IMG/VR virus record: IMGVR_UViG_3300044701_002822
Coordinates: 1-64,000 of that record
Direction: 5' to 3' (one strand)
Length of the DNA stretch: 64,000 nucleotides
Source of the DNA: a virus
Positions 39,433 to 49,509 of this stretch are shown in pieces; position 1 is the first letter of the stretch; every line of letters begins with the position of its first letter. Below the pieces are notes generated by a model. The model did not search any database. It worked only from the letters and a program-made list of their open reading frames with translations, and was not told the origin of the DNA. The translations under genes and the position numbers were made by a program.

Positions 39433-40435
39433 ATTTATTACCGCAGGTTCTTGCACAGGTCCACAATTTGTTAATAGTCCAATACTTTTCCCAAACAGTT
39501 TGAAAACTTTTAGATTCTAGTACACTTTGAATACTGCCAGTTGTGTCGCCTAGCTCTTGCAACAGCTTTTTGTATTGTATTTTTATTGTATCTTTTGCTG
39601 GTTGTAAAGAATCATTTTTTGTATAATAATCATATGGTATTGCTGCAAGAAAACAACAAGGCATAATGCAACGATGAGCATCTATGTACAATTCCGACTG
39701 ATGTTTAGCATAGCAAGAAATTTCTGTTTCGTCTACTAGATTTTGTATTAAATTTAAATCTCGTGCATTAAAGTATTTTGTGTCAGTTAAAGTAGGCGGT
39801 TCTAAATAATATTCGGTCTTGCCATACTTATTGTATACTGCAAAACGTTTTTCAAAGTTAAATCTACTGCTGTCTTTCACACTAAAATATTTAAACCCGT
39901 GAGTTTTGGCTAATGCTTCGGCTGCTTGTTCTTGATGCTGGTTGTGTTTAAATTTTATAAAACACCATTCTGCTATGCCGCCTGCATTTATAAACGTTTT
40001 AGCGTTATCCAATATACGATTAAAATCTGTTCCTATTCTGTACATGCTGTGAGTGTCTCCTAACCCATCGATACCAAAAACAACTCTATGAGAAGCAGGT
40101 AAGTGTTTAGGAAACGATGTCCACCATTTGCTGTTTCTCAAACTGCCATTGGTGTGAACATCTACATGTATATTTTTATTTTTAATTAAATCAGTCATTA
40201 ATTGCAGATTAATGTTTAAAAGAGGATCGCCAAAGTTTCCACAGAAATTAATTTTTTTTAATTGGTCTGCTACCGGCAAAACAATGTTTTGAAAATCACT
40301 TAAACTCCAGTCTGCATTTTTTATTAAAGTGTTATCTAGTCCGCCATGATAGTTGCGACTGCACATAGGACATGCTGCCTGGCAACGATTTGTAATTTCT
40401 AAATGTAAACTTTTTAAATCAGCTAGTGCAAACAT
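39389..40435 (-). CDS. Radical SAM protein (CxxxCPxC subfamily)
   Basis: EITNRCQAACPMC, CGNFGDP, TNGS, FGIDG, PCCF...CARTCG. Confidence 0.93.
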   Translation of the reverse strand: MFALADLKSLHLEITNRCQAACPMCSRNYHGGLDNTLIKNADWSLSDFQNIVLPVADQLKKINFCGNFGDPLLNINLQLMTDLIKNKNIHVDVHTNGSLRNSKWWTSFPKHLPASHRVVFGIDGLGDTHSMYRIGTDFNRILDNAKTFINAGGIAEWCFIKFKHNQHQEQAAEALAKTHGFKYFSVKDSSRFNFEKRFAVYNKYGKTEYYLEPPTLTDTKYFNARDLNLIQNLVDETEISCYAKHQSELYIDAHRCIMPCCFLAAIPYDYYTKNDSLQPAKDTIKIQYKKLLQELGDTTGSIQSVLESKSFQTVWEKYWTINKLWTCARTCGNKFNKPNDQIQSYQVL

Positions 40436-40477
40436 ATTTCTATTTATATGCGTATATTATCTATAAATATTGTTATG
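40433..40477. promoter_or_regulatory. Divergent TATAAATA late promoters, both 5 nt from the ATG
   Basis: (-) TATAAATA at 40441-40448 to ATG 40435. (+) TATAAATA at 40462-40469 to ATG 40475. TGCGTATAT at 40449-40457. Confidence 0.75.
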
Positions 40478-41221
40478 GAAACAGCAGACAGATTTTTTCA
40501 TCAAAATAATACATTCAAATACAAGCTAAACGGATTACCTAGTTTAACAATGAACGATGAAGAAATTGCATTGTGGATACTGCAAGGCGGTGCTGGTGCA
40601 TGGCTTGAATTAGATTTACATGTTGACCATAAAAGTTTTTTTGAAGAATACAATTGTGTCAAAGACATGTTTGTTACGCACAGAGATGGAGCAACAGGCG
40701 AAGGTACGCATGACGGATGGGAAGCATGTGCTTTGCATGGTATTGAGTGGGACAAAACCAATGTGTGGCAAACCTATGATTATGAAACAGAACCCGATTA
40801 TGCATGGACCAAAGCCGGCGTCAAATGTATAGAAATACAAAAGTTTTTTAATTCTTTACCTTGCCAACAGTTAGCTAGAGTAAGATTTATGAAATTAAAA
40901 AGCAAAGGTTGGATTTCACCTCACAACGACAAACCCGATTCGGATATAGACTGGAATATGATTTTTGAACATCCATTGCCGATTAATATTGCAATAGAGC
41001 ATCCACAGGATTGTCATATGGTTGTAAAAGACAACGGAGTAGTACCATTTGTCAATGGAAAAGCGTTTCTGGTCAATATTTTTAATGAACACTCAGTAAT
41101 AAATTATAGTAATAAAGACAGGATACACGTAATTGGACATTTGTTAGTAGGTAATCGCAAAAACGAATACTGTTCAATGCTGGCCAACAGCTACAGGAAA
41201 CAATATGTATTACAAGGGTAA
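40475..41221 (+). CDS. AspH-like 2OG-Fe(II) oxygenase
   Basis: RVRFMKL...GWISPHND, NIAI, HSVIN....RIH. Start moved from 40448 to 40475 on promoter spacing. Confidence 0.8.
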   Translation: METADRFFHQNNTFKYKLNGLPSLTMNDEEIALWILQGGAGAWLELDLHVDHKSFFEEYNCVKDMFVTHRDGATGEGTHDGWEACALHGIEWDKTNVWQTYDYETEPDYAWTKAGVKCIEIQKFFNSLPCQQLARVRFMKLKSKGWISPHNDKPDSDIDWNMIFEHPLPINIAIEHPQDCHMVVKDNGVVPFVNGKAFLVNIFNEHSVINYSNKDRIHVIGHLLVGNRKNEYCSMLANSYRKQYVLQG

Positions 41222-42413
41222 AGAAAACAATACAGATTTATGTGTTTGTATAATAGATGATACAGATCAATATAACCCATGGATGCGTGAACTTGTAAAA
41301 AATACTGCCGACTATACAATTACAAATGTAACAGGGTTTGGGTATGATGTGTATGTAAGTCGTAATCAAGACCAAGTATTAAAACAAGTGTCAGGTCTAT
41401 ATAAAAAAGCAGTTGTGATAAGTGCTGGTACAGAATTTATCAATGGCAGAAAGTTTTTCGATAACATACCAGACGATTTCTTTATACTTGGACATATATT
41501 AGATATGGGCGAGGGATATTATGGGTTACATTATCAATGCTATATAATAAACCTTGATCTGTATGCAAAATTAAATTGTCCTGCTATAGGCGATACCAAT
41601 TTTCTGTCACAACATACTCAAAAGACACCAATAAGAAGTAAAGAAAATATTCACGACGATTATACACCATTGTGGATTAAGACAGGTAAGATACAAAATG
41701 TATACAAAAGTAAATTTCACGGGTGGAGAATAATCAGTGCCGGTCTTGAGGCAAATTATGAAATACGTGCTTTTGATGCAACACTTAGAGATAGTAAACA
41801 TTACTTGTATAGAGATGTCGATACCAGCGACTGGATATACAAAAGATACAATTATTGTTTAGCCAACCATATTTTTGAACAAAGCACAGGAAGCTTACTA
41901 TTTCCACGTCCGTATACATGTCCTATAACACACCTAATACATCCAGCAGCAGGCATGAATTGGTTAGAAAAAATAAAAAATTCCGGCGGCTACAATTCCG
42001 ATACGAAAGTTACTTTTTTTGATTACAACGAAAATGCATTAGAAGAAATGTATAACAAAACCAAAGGCATAAAAATGAATTTTGATTTTATACCTATAGA
42101 TGTTATTGCCGAGCCAGAAGAACTTGTTACCAAAGTAGATAGTTCACACGAACCTGTGGGTGTTGTTTTTCATATGAGTAATATTTTTGCTTACGAGGGT
42201 ACAGCAAGCTTGATGCCATTAAAATATAGAGTAGCACAAGAAAACAAATTTATAAAAAGTGTACAGAAATCTATGCCAATATGCTGTATAGATTTTGATC
42301 AACGGGCAGCTGAAGGATTTGTTTCATGGAGAGAAGAAACAGGATTAGCCAAGGATTTGTTGCTCACTGATCTTTCAACTGTGGACTTGCCGTTTTGGCA
42401 TACTTATGGTTGA
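41205..42413 (+). CDS. Hypothetical protein (possible GT-like N-terminus, methyltransferase-like C-terminus)
   Basis: Long coupled ORF with GHILD..YY.LH.QC, PAAG, FFDYN, HMSNIF. Confidence 0.6.
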   Translation: MYYKGKENNTDLCVCIIDDTDQYNPWMRELVKNTADYTITNVTGFGYDVYVSRNQDQVLKQVSGLYKKAVVISAGTEFINGRKFFDNIPDDFFILGHILDMGEGYYGLHYQCYIINLDLYAKLNCPAIGDTNFLSQHTQKTPIRSKENIHDDYTPLWIKTGKIQNVYKSKFHGWRIISAGLEANYEIRAFDATLRDSKHYLYRDVDTSDWIYKRYNYCLANHIFEQSTGSLLFPRPYTCPITHLIHPAAGMNWLEKIKNSGGYNSDTKVTFFDYNENALEEMYNKTKGIKMNFDFIPIDVIAEPEELVTKVDSSHEPVGVVFHMSNIFAYEGTASLMPLKYRVAQENKFIKSVQKSMPICCIDFDQRAAEGFVSWREETGLAKDLLLTDLSTVDLPFWHTYG

Positions 42414-43446
42414 TAATTTCAAAAGCTACTGGAGTTTCTGCTTTAGGAGCACACAGTCCACACCAACATTTCTTTTTCTTACAAACAATAGTAAGTGTAC
42501 CTAATAAAAGTCTATCTATAATGCTTTGAGTATCTTTAAGATTTCCAATTGGACCTACACTGTTATCCCAATTCATACGACAATCCTTGTTTGTAAAGAC
42601 TTCACCGGTGTGTTGTCGTATATACAAAAAGAATTTATCTACTGCACAACTCCAACCTTCGAAATTATTACCTTCTATATAGGTTGTATTGTAAGATGAA
42701 TTAACACACATGTCGTTGCCTCCACAACAGGCACGACCGGTACTATCTAAGTCAACACCTCGAGTAACAATTGCTTTTATTTTTTGAAGTAATTTAGTAG
42801 GAGGTTTTCCAGTCAGATATTCAACTTGGTCAGCAGTATAATTAAATCGAGTATCAAACCAATGATGGTCGATTTGTCTTTGCACAAACTTAAAGTTATG
42901 TTTCTTACAAAAATTGATTATTGACATGCATTTTTCCCAATACTTTGGATGCATCATAACATTGACTTGAAAATTCTTTTGTTCAAACTTTAGTGTTATT
43001 AAATTATGTCTAAACAGTAATTCTTGTTTGGAAGTCATTTCTGCATGATAACTTACTGTAAAATAATCCACATGCTTGACAACTTCTTGCCATTTTTTTG
43101 ATCCGGCAATTGAATTGGTAATTAATGCAACAGTTAATGTGTAATCAACCGATTTCTTTTTTTCTTGTATGTATTCAAGTATTTTTATAATATTAGGATG
43201 AAATATGCTTTCACCACCTTGAATATTTAATCCTGCAATTTTTAAATGATCGGGTTTCGAATTCATTTGTATTTGCAAATATTCAAATATAAAATCAACT
43301 GTTTTGATAATTTCATCTAAAGAAGGATGAGACAATTTGTTGTTATGTCCATCGCCACAATAGCTGCAATCCATGTTACATTTAAGTGTAATTTCCCATG
43401 CGATTTGAAAACTTAAATTTCCTACAGGTTCTACTGACTTAAACAT
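42364..43446 (-). CDS. Radical SAM protein (paralogue of 38398)
   Basis: WEITLKCNMDCSYC, QGGE, SYH, CCGG, FEGWSC, CKKKKCWCGLC. Confidence 0.92.
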   Translation of the reverse strand: MFKSVEPVGNLSFQIAWEITLKCNMDCSYCGDGHNNKLSHPSLDEIIKTVDFIFEYLQIQMNSKPDHLKIAGLNIQGGESIFHPNIIKILEYIQEKKKSVDYTLTVALITNSIAGSKKWQEVVKHVDYFTVSYHAEMTSKQELLFRHNLITLKFEQKNFQVNVMMHPKYWEKCMSIINFCKKHNFKFVQRQIDHHWFDTRFNYTADQVEYLTGKPPTKLLQKIKAIVTRGVDLDSTGRACCGGNDMCVNSSYNTTYIEGNNFEGWSCAVDKFFLYIRQHTGEVFTNKDCRMNWDNSVGPIGNLKDTQSIIDRLLLGTLTIVCKKKKCWCGLCAPKAETPVAFEIINHKYAKTASPQLKDQ

Positions 43447-44387
43447 TTTTTAATTCCTATTTCTCCAGTACACCCACAAATTTCTTTTGTGCAAGTAACA
43501 GGTTTTATCACAGGAGAAAAACTAAAGTTAGGATCATTTATATTATAAGGTTTATCAAAAAGTTTTTGCTGACAGTTACCTGTAAGTAAGCCATTGGTTA
43601 TTTTTAAATGATCAACTCCTAAATTGCAACTCCATCCACGAAAATAATTTAAATTATTTCTAGTAATCCAACTGTCGCTGTTTGTAACAACTTTAGTATT
43701 GTCTGCTTGTGTAATTGTTATTTCAGTTTGCGGCTTACGAGAGGTATGTTCAAACCATTCTGTATCAGGGTATCGTTTAATTGGATCATCAAAGAATTTT
43801 AACTGTTCTATTTTATACTTGTGTATTCCATCAAAGTGTACTACCTTAGCAATTATTGGCCATGCATATACACTGGTTTGAAAATAATCTACTAGGCTAA
43901 CACATTTTTCAAATGCTGCTGGATCCATCAATACATCAACATTTACAAATACACCTGCTTGATATAAAAAATCAGCAAGTTTAGCAATTTTACCCTGCTT
44001 GGCATATTCATGATGAACACTAATATTAACATGATCTAAAACTCTGCCAGCCTTGGTCCACCAAATAATTCCTCTAGTGGCATTTGTACTAATTTCTAAA
44101 ATGCAATTGTAATTCTGTTTAAGCCATTCGATTAATGGTAAAAAATCATCCCATAGTGTAGGCTCTCCACCTACAAAAAAAATGTTAAAAATTTCTTTAC
44201 CATTATTTTTGTAATGATCTAAAACTTTTTTAAGATTTTTCTTAACTGTTTCTAATTCTGGCCAAGGCAAATCGCCTTCGTTACTTCCCGGAAAGCAGTA
44301 ATTACACTTTTGATTACAAGTGTTTCCTAACATGTATTCTATTCGCAGTACATTATCAGGCTGATTGTTTTCAACTTTAATAATCAT
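43431..44387 (-). CDS. Radical SAM protein (subfamily of 37523/57475)
   Basis: LGNTCNQKCNYC, VGGEP, SVH, FRGWSC, CTKEICGC. Confidence 0.92.
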   Translation of the reverse strand: MIIKVENNQPDNVLRIEYMLGNTCNQKCNYCFPGSNEGDLPWPELETVKKNLKKVLDHYKNNGKEIFNIFFVGGEPTLWDDFLPLIEWLKQNYNCILEISTNATRGIIWWTKAGRVLDHVNISVHHEYAKQGKIAKLADFLYQAGVFVNVDVLMDPAAFEKCVSLVDYFQTSVYAWPIIAKVVHFDGIHKYKIEQLKFFDDPIKRYPDTEWFEHTSRKPQTEITITQADNTKVVTNSDSWITRNNLNYFRGWSCNLGVDHLKITNGLLTGNCQQKLFDKPYNINDPNFSFSPVIKPVTCTKEICGCTGEIGIKKCLSQ

Positions 44388-45769
44388 AGTAAATGAGCCA
44401 ACTCCGGAAAAACTTTTTTAGCTTCTAGTCCACGAATTTTGTCCAGTTTATTTACGTATTCTTTAAATCCAGATAAAAGATGGCTGTTGTCGGCACTGTC
44501 CATGTGATTAAGTATTGCTTCCCAACGTCTCCATCCATACGGATTATGTTCCCAAAAGTCTGTGTCAGTTGTATACCAGTTATACAGCCAACCTTTAAAA
44601 CTCATAAATGTATCTCTTATTTCTTCTTTATCTTCTTTAGGAAGCATTTGTATGCTTAAAAATGTAGGAATATAAAGCAAGTGCATGTTGATTAAGCCGC
44701 CGCCGGCTGCAACACCTCTTATAACTTCTGTGTTTACCTTTTTAAAATTGCTGGTTACTTTCCAGTGTATAAAATCTGGTAAGTGTTTGATATTAAAAAT
44801 TTGCACGGCTGTTGCAATACTAGGACGTATGTTTTCAGGTGTATTATCTAACATATGCAGATTGCGTTCAACAGTTTCCCAGTCTGTGGGATATCTTATA
44901 TAGTTATTGCGAGAACCTGCTGCATCTATACTAACTCCAACTTTGACTTTACCGAAATATTTCCATAGATTTATTAAATCTTCATCAATTAATATTCCGT
45001 TGGTGTTGTATCTTAATGTTATATTAGTGCTGAATCCTTGTCTTACAATTTCTTCTATAAACTTTTTATGCTCTTTAATCATAAGAGGTTCACCGCCAGC
45101 AAAATAAACTTCACGTAGATTTGGTATTTGTTTATAAAGTTGATTCCAAAATTCTTCGCTTTCGTGCCATTTATTGTTAAAGGAATCTTTGTCCCATTGC
45201 ATCTGATTTTTTACAGTTGCATTTTCAAGGTTAGGATATAATTCTTTCCAATCTTTTACCCACTTGCTACTGTCATGTGGACTGCACATCACGCACTTAA
45301 TGTTACAAGTGTGTCCTAGTCTTAGGTCAAGATAAACTAACTTTTCAGGAACTCTGCCATCAGCCTTGGTGTTATTTAATAGCGTTTTAAGATTTTGTCC
45401 TCGTTCCATCCACGATGTTGTTTCCCACATGCGTTTGCTAACTATGCCTTTGTCTTCTTCTTCGAAGCATTTAGTACAACTTGCAGGAACTTTTCCTTCC
45501 ATCATAGTTTTACGGACATTTCTCATGTAGTCGCTGTTCCATGCCTCCATAGGTGTAGTGTTTGCAAAATTGATATGTTCACCTATATCGTTTTTTACAA
45601 TGCCTATTGTGTGATCGTTACCAGCACCGCTGGCGTTGGCACTACAGCACAATCTCATATCACCATTGGGTCTAGTTGCCATATGTAACCACGGCAAAGC
45701 ACAAAATGTAGGAGTTGCTTGATCAGAAATTGTTTCTTGCCATGTTTCTAAATATTTTGCTACAGTCAT
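44384..45769 (-). CDS. Radical SAM protein with N-terminal twitch-like domain
   Basis: FCALPWLH...LCC...CTKC; CNIKCVMCSPHDSS; FAGGEP. Confidence 0.93.
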   Translation of the reverse strand: MTVAKYLETWQETISDQATPTFCALPWLHMATRPNGDMRLCCSANASGAGNDHTIGIVKNDIGEHINFANTTPMEAWNSDYMRNVRKTMMEGKVPASCTKCFEEEDKGIVSKRMWETTSWMERGQNLKTLLNNTKADGRVPEKLVYLDLRLGHTCNIKCVMCSPHDSSKWVKDWKELYPNLENATVKNQMQWDKDSFNNKWHESEEFWNQLYKQIPNLREVYFAGGEPLMIKEHKKFIEEIVRQGFSTNITLRYNTNGILIDEDLINLWKYFGKVKVGVSIDAAGSRNNYIRYPTDWETVERNLHMLDNTPENIRPSIATAVQIFNIKHLPDFIHWKVTSNFKKVNTEVIRGVAAGGGLINMHLLYIPTFLSIQMLPKEDKEEIRDTFMSFKGWLYNWYTTDTDFWEHNPYGWRRWEAILNHMDSADNSHLLSGFKEYVNKLDKIRGLEAKKVFPELAHLL

Positions 45770-46377
45770 TTGTATCCTATTACTAGAAACCTATTGTACA
45801 AAGGTAATTCTAATGTATCTGTTTTTAATATATTACTTAGCCCGCTATGTGTAGCAAAATTTTCTACAGTATCAAAACACCGTATATGTTCAGGTAATGC
45901 ATAGTAATTGTTATTTTGTAAAACAATTAAACTGTCGTTTGGAACATTTTTTAGCCAGCGGTTGTATTTGTCTTGTGCTACATGTTCAGTGCTAGTATTG
46001 ATAACAATGTTAGGAGTTTTATTGTAAACGTAATACTCCATATCTTGTATAACTTGTAAAAATCTACCTTCAATTTCTTGACGTTTGCAGATATCACTAG
46101 CAGGACCTGCTGTTTCACTTTCAATGTCTACATTTTCTATACGATTAATACTTATACCACTGTTAAACAGTAAACTTGCTAGTACACCATTCCAGCCGCC
46201 ATGTATTACAATATCAAGTGGATTTCCGTTAACAGGTATATAAGGATAAAGATTTTTTATCAGCCACTCTTTACTGCGAAGTTGTCCTTTCCAAAAACTT
46301 TCTAAAACGCCATAGTGATTTTCACTGTTACGCACAGCGTCCATCCAATACGCTACGTCTTCTAAGCTTATGTACAC
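45766..46377 (-). CDS. Class I SAM-dependent methyltransferase-like protein
   Basis: GQLRSKEWL, IHGGWNG, NVDI, INTSTEH. Confidence 0.72.
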   Translation of the reverse strand: MYISLEDVAYWMDAVRNSENHYGVLESFWKGQLRSKEWLIKNLYPYIPVNGNPLDIVIHGGWNGVLASLLFNSGISINRIENVDIESETAGPASDICKRQEIEGRFLQVIQDMEYYVYNKTPNIVINTSTEHVAQDKYNRWLKNVPNDSLIVLQNNNYYALPEHIRCFDTVENFATHSGLSNILKTDTLELPLYNRFLVIGYK

Positions 46378-47510
46378 AACACTTCTCTTAGCGGAATGTC
46401 TAAATTTTTAATGCCAAATAAAAACTTTTTTCTATTTAGAATTCTTCTTTTTTGTGTTATTAGGTTTAGCTGTTGTATGTTGTTAGTTGACATTACTTTA
46501 TGCATACTTTCTATAGCTTTAAAAACACGAACACTATCATCGGCAGTATCGTAACTATGATCAACAATATCATCAAACATGTCAAACCCTAATAATCGTA
46601 ATCTTTGTACTAACCCTCTTGGTCCTATTATAACAGGTATTTGTCCTGCTGTAAAGACTTTCCATGTTTTTTCAGTAATAAATGTTTCATCTATAAAATT
46701 GTACTCGGGCAAATAATATGTTTCTGTAACCAAATTTATAAGTGTATTATCATAGATTTTTGGATGTAAATCATTTGGTAAACTTTTGTTTGATAAATCA
46801 TATGTGTCAACAACTAGAGGAAGTTTTTTATTTGTTATACTTACTTTTTGTTTTATAATATTTTGATATTCTGTGGGTATTTCGGGCAGGCGAGATAAAA
46901 TTGAGTTTTCAAAATTGTCGTCACTATCAAATTCATAACTACGATCGTTAGCTGTTACAATACCATCCTCTAAAATGTCAACAACGTCTAAGTAAGCAAT
47001 TGTAAATAATCTATGCAATCTTGGGCGATTATTCATACAGCAATACCAAATATTTTTTTGATACTTTACTGGAATTTCGCAATCATTTACCCAATCACGC
47101 ATCCGGTGATACCAAAGATTGTGACTCCACACATAAAAAGCACTTGGCACTTTTTTCTTTTCCAACCAATGGTCATATACTTTTTGTGATTCTAAGTGAC
47201 CTGTAGCATAAATTATTTTTTTGTGTAAAGTGTGTTTGTTTACAAATTCGTGTACATCACTAAAGCTAAGATAAGCATACCCCTCTTCGGTGTCATCAAG
47301 GACAATATAAAAGTGTTCACGCTGTCTTGCTAAGTCTATTAACCAAGTGGGTACAGGTTCGGATGCGTTTCTAAATCTTACAAAATAAAAATAGAATCCG
47401 TTTGGATTGTTTTGCCAAACGGATAACTCTTGTTGTATTAGTCCAATCTCATCGAGATTGTTTATTCCATTGTAATTTGTATAACAATTTACTTGATTAT
47501 TTGTTTCCAA
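46368..47510 (-). CDS. Putative glycosyltransferase-like protein
   Basis: MNNRPRLHR, LVTET, FITEKTWK, P.IIG, GFDMFDDIVDHSYD. Confidence 0.55.
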   Translation of the reverse strand: METNNQVNCYTNYNGINNLDEIGLIQQELSVWQNNPNGFYFYFVRFRNASEPVPTWLIDLARQREHFYIVLDDTEEGYAYLSFSDVHEFVNKHTLHKKIIYATGHLESQKVYDHWLEKKKVPSAFYVWSHNLWYHRMRDWVNDCEIPVKYQKNIWYCCMNNRPRLHRLFTIAYLDVVDILEDGIVTANDRSYEFDSDDNFENSILSRLPEIPTEYQNIIKQKVSITNKKLPLVVDTYDLSNKSLPNDLHPKIYDNTLINLVTETYYLPEYNFIDETFITEKTWKVFTAGQIPVIIGPRGLVQRLRLLGFDMFDDIVDHSYDTADDSVRVFKAIESMHKVMSTNNIQQLNLITQKRRILNRKKFLFGIKNLDIPLREVLCT

Positions 47511-48400
47511 TGATGGATAGTCCTATCAATACCTTCTTCATAAGAAATTTTAGGTGCCCAACCAGTTTTGCTGGTTAAAAGGTTATGGTTACTATTCAAC
47601 CAATAAATTTCCCCATGTCTTGGCGGCTTAGTATTCCAATTAACTTGACCATTCCATTGTAGCTGTTCAGCAATGTAGTTGGCACAGTCTTTGATTTTTC
47701 TAGGATCATCTGGGCCAATAGTGTAAAAGTTTCCTTTACACGCAGCTCTATTTTCAATAACAGCCATCCATGCGTCTAACAAGTCGTCAATGTATATAAA
47801 GTTTCTATAAGGCTCAGCATATCCTAAGTTACAAACATCACCCTTTAACATCTGGCTAATAATTTGTTCGGTTACAAAATAATTGTTGTCTTTACGACCA
47901 TAGCTGTTGGTTTGTCTAAAACTTGCAAATTCTAATCCGTATGCTCTTGAAGCGTACTCTAAATATTTTTCACAACCATATTTTGCTACAGCATAAGGTG
48001 CATTAGGGTTAGGTTGAGTATGCTCGTCAAATGCTACGCTGTTTACATAAGTTCCAGTTTCCTCTACTTCATCACTGATAGGTTGCCATCCATAAACTTC
48101 CATTGTGCTAGCAAACACAAAGTAAGGCATTGGATCTAGCTGTCTACAAGCTTCGATAAGATTTACAGTTCCTACATAATTTACTTCACTAAACTCAATT
48201 TGTTCATAGAAACTTTCTTGAACTTCAGTTCGTGCAGCAAGATGAACAATTATATCAGGTTTTGCTTGTGCAACTTCAGCCTTTACATCACTGTGTTTTT
48301 TTAGATCACTTTTTAACTCATGTACTTCTCCCATGGCCTTTAAACGCGGCAACAAATGTTGACCTATAAATCCGCTACTTCCTGTTATTAATATTTTCAT
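47489..48400 (-). CDS. NAD-dependent NDP-sugar epimerase/dehydratase
   Basis: ILITGSSGFIG, HLAA, ST.EVYG, PYAVAK, RNFIYIDD. Confidence 0.93.
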   Translation of the reverse strand: MKILITGSSGFIGQHLLPRLKAMGEVHELKSDLKKHSDVKAEVAQAKPDIIVHLAARTEVQESFYEQIEFSEVNYVGTVNLIEACRQLDPMPYFVFASTMEVYGWQPISDEVEETGTYVNSVAFDEHTQPNPNAPYAVAKYGCEKYLEYASRAYGLEFASFRQTNSYGRKDNNYFVTEQIISQMLKGDVCNLGYAEPYRNFIYIDDLLDAWMAVIENRAACKGNFYTIGPDDPRKIKDCANYIAEQLQWNGQVNWNTKPPRHGEIYWLNSNHNLLTSKTGWAPKISYEEGIDRTIHHWKQIIK

Positions 48401-49478
48401 AATGCTCTCTCAAAAATTTAAATTTGTTTTGATAACCTTCGGTACTTGCTATATTTAAAAATTCTAAATGATTATGTACGTGAAAATGGTTAGAATTTTT
48501 TGGAAGCAATTTGTTTATGCGTTTGCGAGTTTTTTTATTTTCCACTATAGACAACATATTCAACCAGTTATGATGTACTTTAGACTGTACAGCATCTCTC
48601 AAATACTGAATGTTATAAGTAGTTAATTTTTTAATTTGCTGCATGTACATATCGCATCTTATTTCGTCGTCTTCAATTTCGTCAAAACTGTAGTCAATTA
48701 TGTCATCAAAAATTTCAAAACCTAAACTTTTCATATATGCGTTTGCCAATGGATGTCCGTAAATAACAAATGGTCTTCTGTGGTAGATAGGAATATATGT
48801 TTTTTCTGTAATGAATTGAACGTCAGTTGCTGATTCGCAAATTACACTGAATACACTATTTTTAAAATGTTGTGGCGGTCTTAGTATGTCTGCTATTCCA
48901 CCCTCTGGCCTTGTAAATTCTTCGTCAAACTTTAGTGACTCCGGCGACCACCATTTAAATTTGTAACTATCAAATGTTCTATTTTCAAAATTATGAAAAC
49001 TGATATAACCTTTTTCAAACAATTGTTCTTTATACATATAATCTAAAAACATTTGTCTGTGAGGATGAGCTCTACCATTCATACTAACAAAGTGTTTTGT
49101 TGGGTTAGCATTTATTCCATAAGGATTTAAATCGTGGGTTAGTGCATGACAGATAACTTGATGTGCAAACCAAGTTTCCCATGGCACTAAATTTTCTGAA
49201 AACATATTTAAGTCATGCCTGTATCCAAATTCGTTTGATATATTGTTACCAACTAAACACGTAAGTTCTACATTATAGTATTTGCAAAATCCTAGAAATA
49301 TGTCAAAACTTTGCTGGTCTTGAAACCAAGGTTGAAAATTATATTCTGACGGCATCAAAAGTATTATTTTGTATATTTTTTTATTTTTTACAGCATCAAC
49401 TAAAATTAAGTAATCTCGATGATCAAATCCCCATACGTCACAAAAATATACTCCATCTATTATTCTTCCGAAATTCAT
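48375..49478 (-). CDS. Putative glycosyltransferase-like protein
   Basis: MNGRAHPHR, VICES, FITEKT, RPFVIYG, GFEIFDDIIDYSFD. Confidence 0.55.
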   Translation of the reverse strand: MNFGRIIDGVYFCDVWGFDHRDYLILVDAVKNKKIYKIILLMPSEYNFQPWFQDQQSFDIFLGFCKYYNVELTCLVGNNISNEFGYRHDLNMFSENLVPWETWFAHQVICHALTHDLNPYGINANPTKHFVSMNGRAHPHRQMFLDYMYKEQLFEKGYISFHNFENRTFDSYKFKWWSPESLKFDEEFTRPEGGIADILRPPQHFKNSVFSVICESATDVQFITEKTYIPIYHRRPFVIYGHPLANAYMKSLGFEIFDDIIDYSFDEIEDDEIRCDMYMQQIKKLTTYNIQYLRDAVQSKVHHNWLNMLSIVENKKTRKRINKLLPKNSNHFHVHNHLEFLNIASTEGYQNKFKFLREHYENINNRK

Positions 49479-49497
49479 TTTGTAATTGGCATCCTTT

Positions 49498-49505
49498 TAT
49501 AAATA
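49498..49505 (+). promoter_or_regulatory. TATAAATA late promoter 4 nt before ATG 49510
   Basis: Exact T4-late consensus at a divergent junction. Confidence 0.65.
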
Positions 49506-49509
49506 TTTT

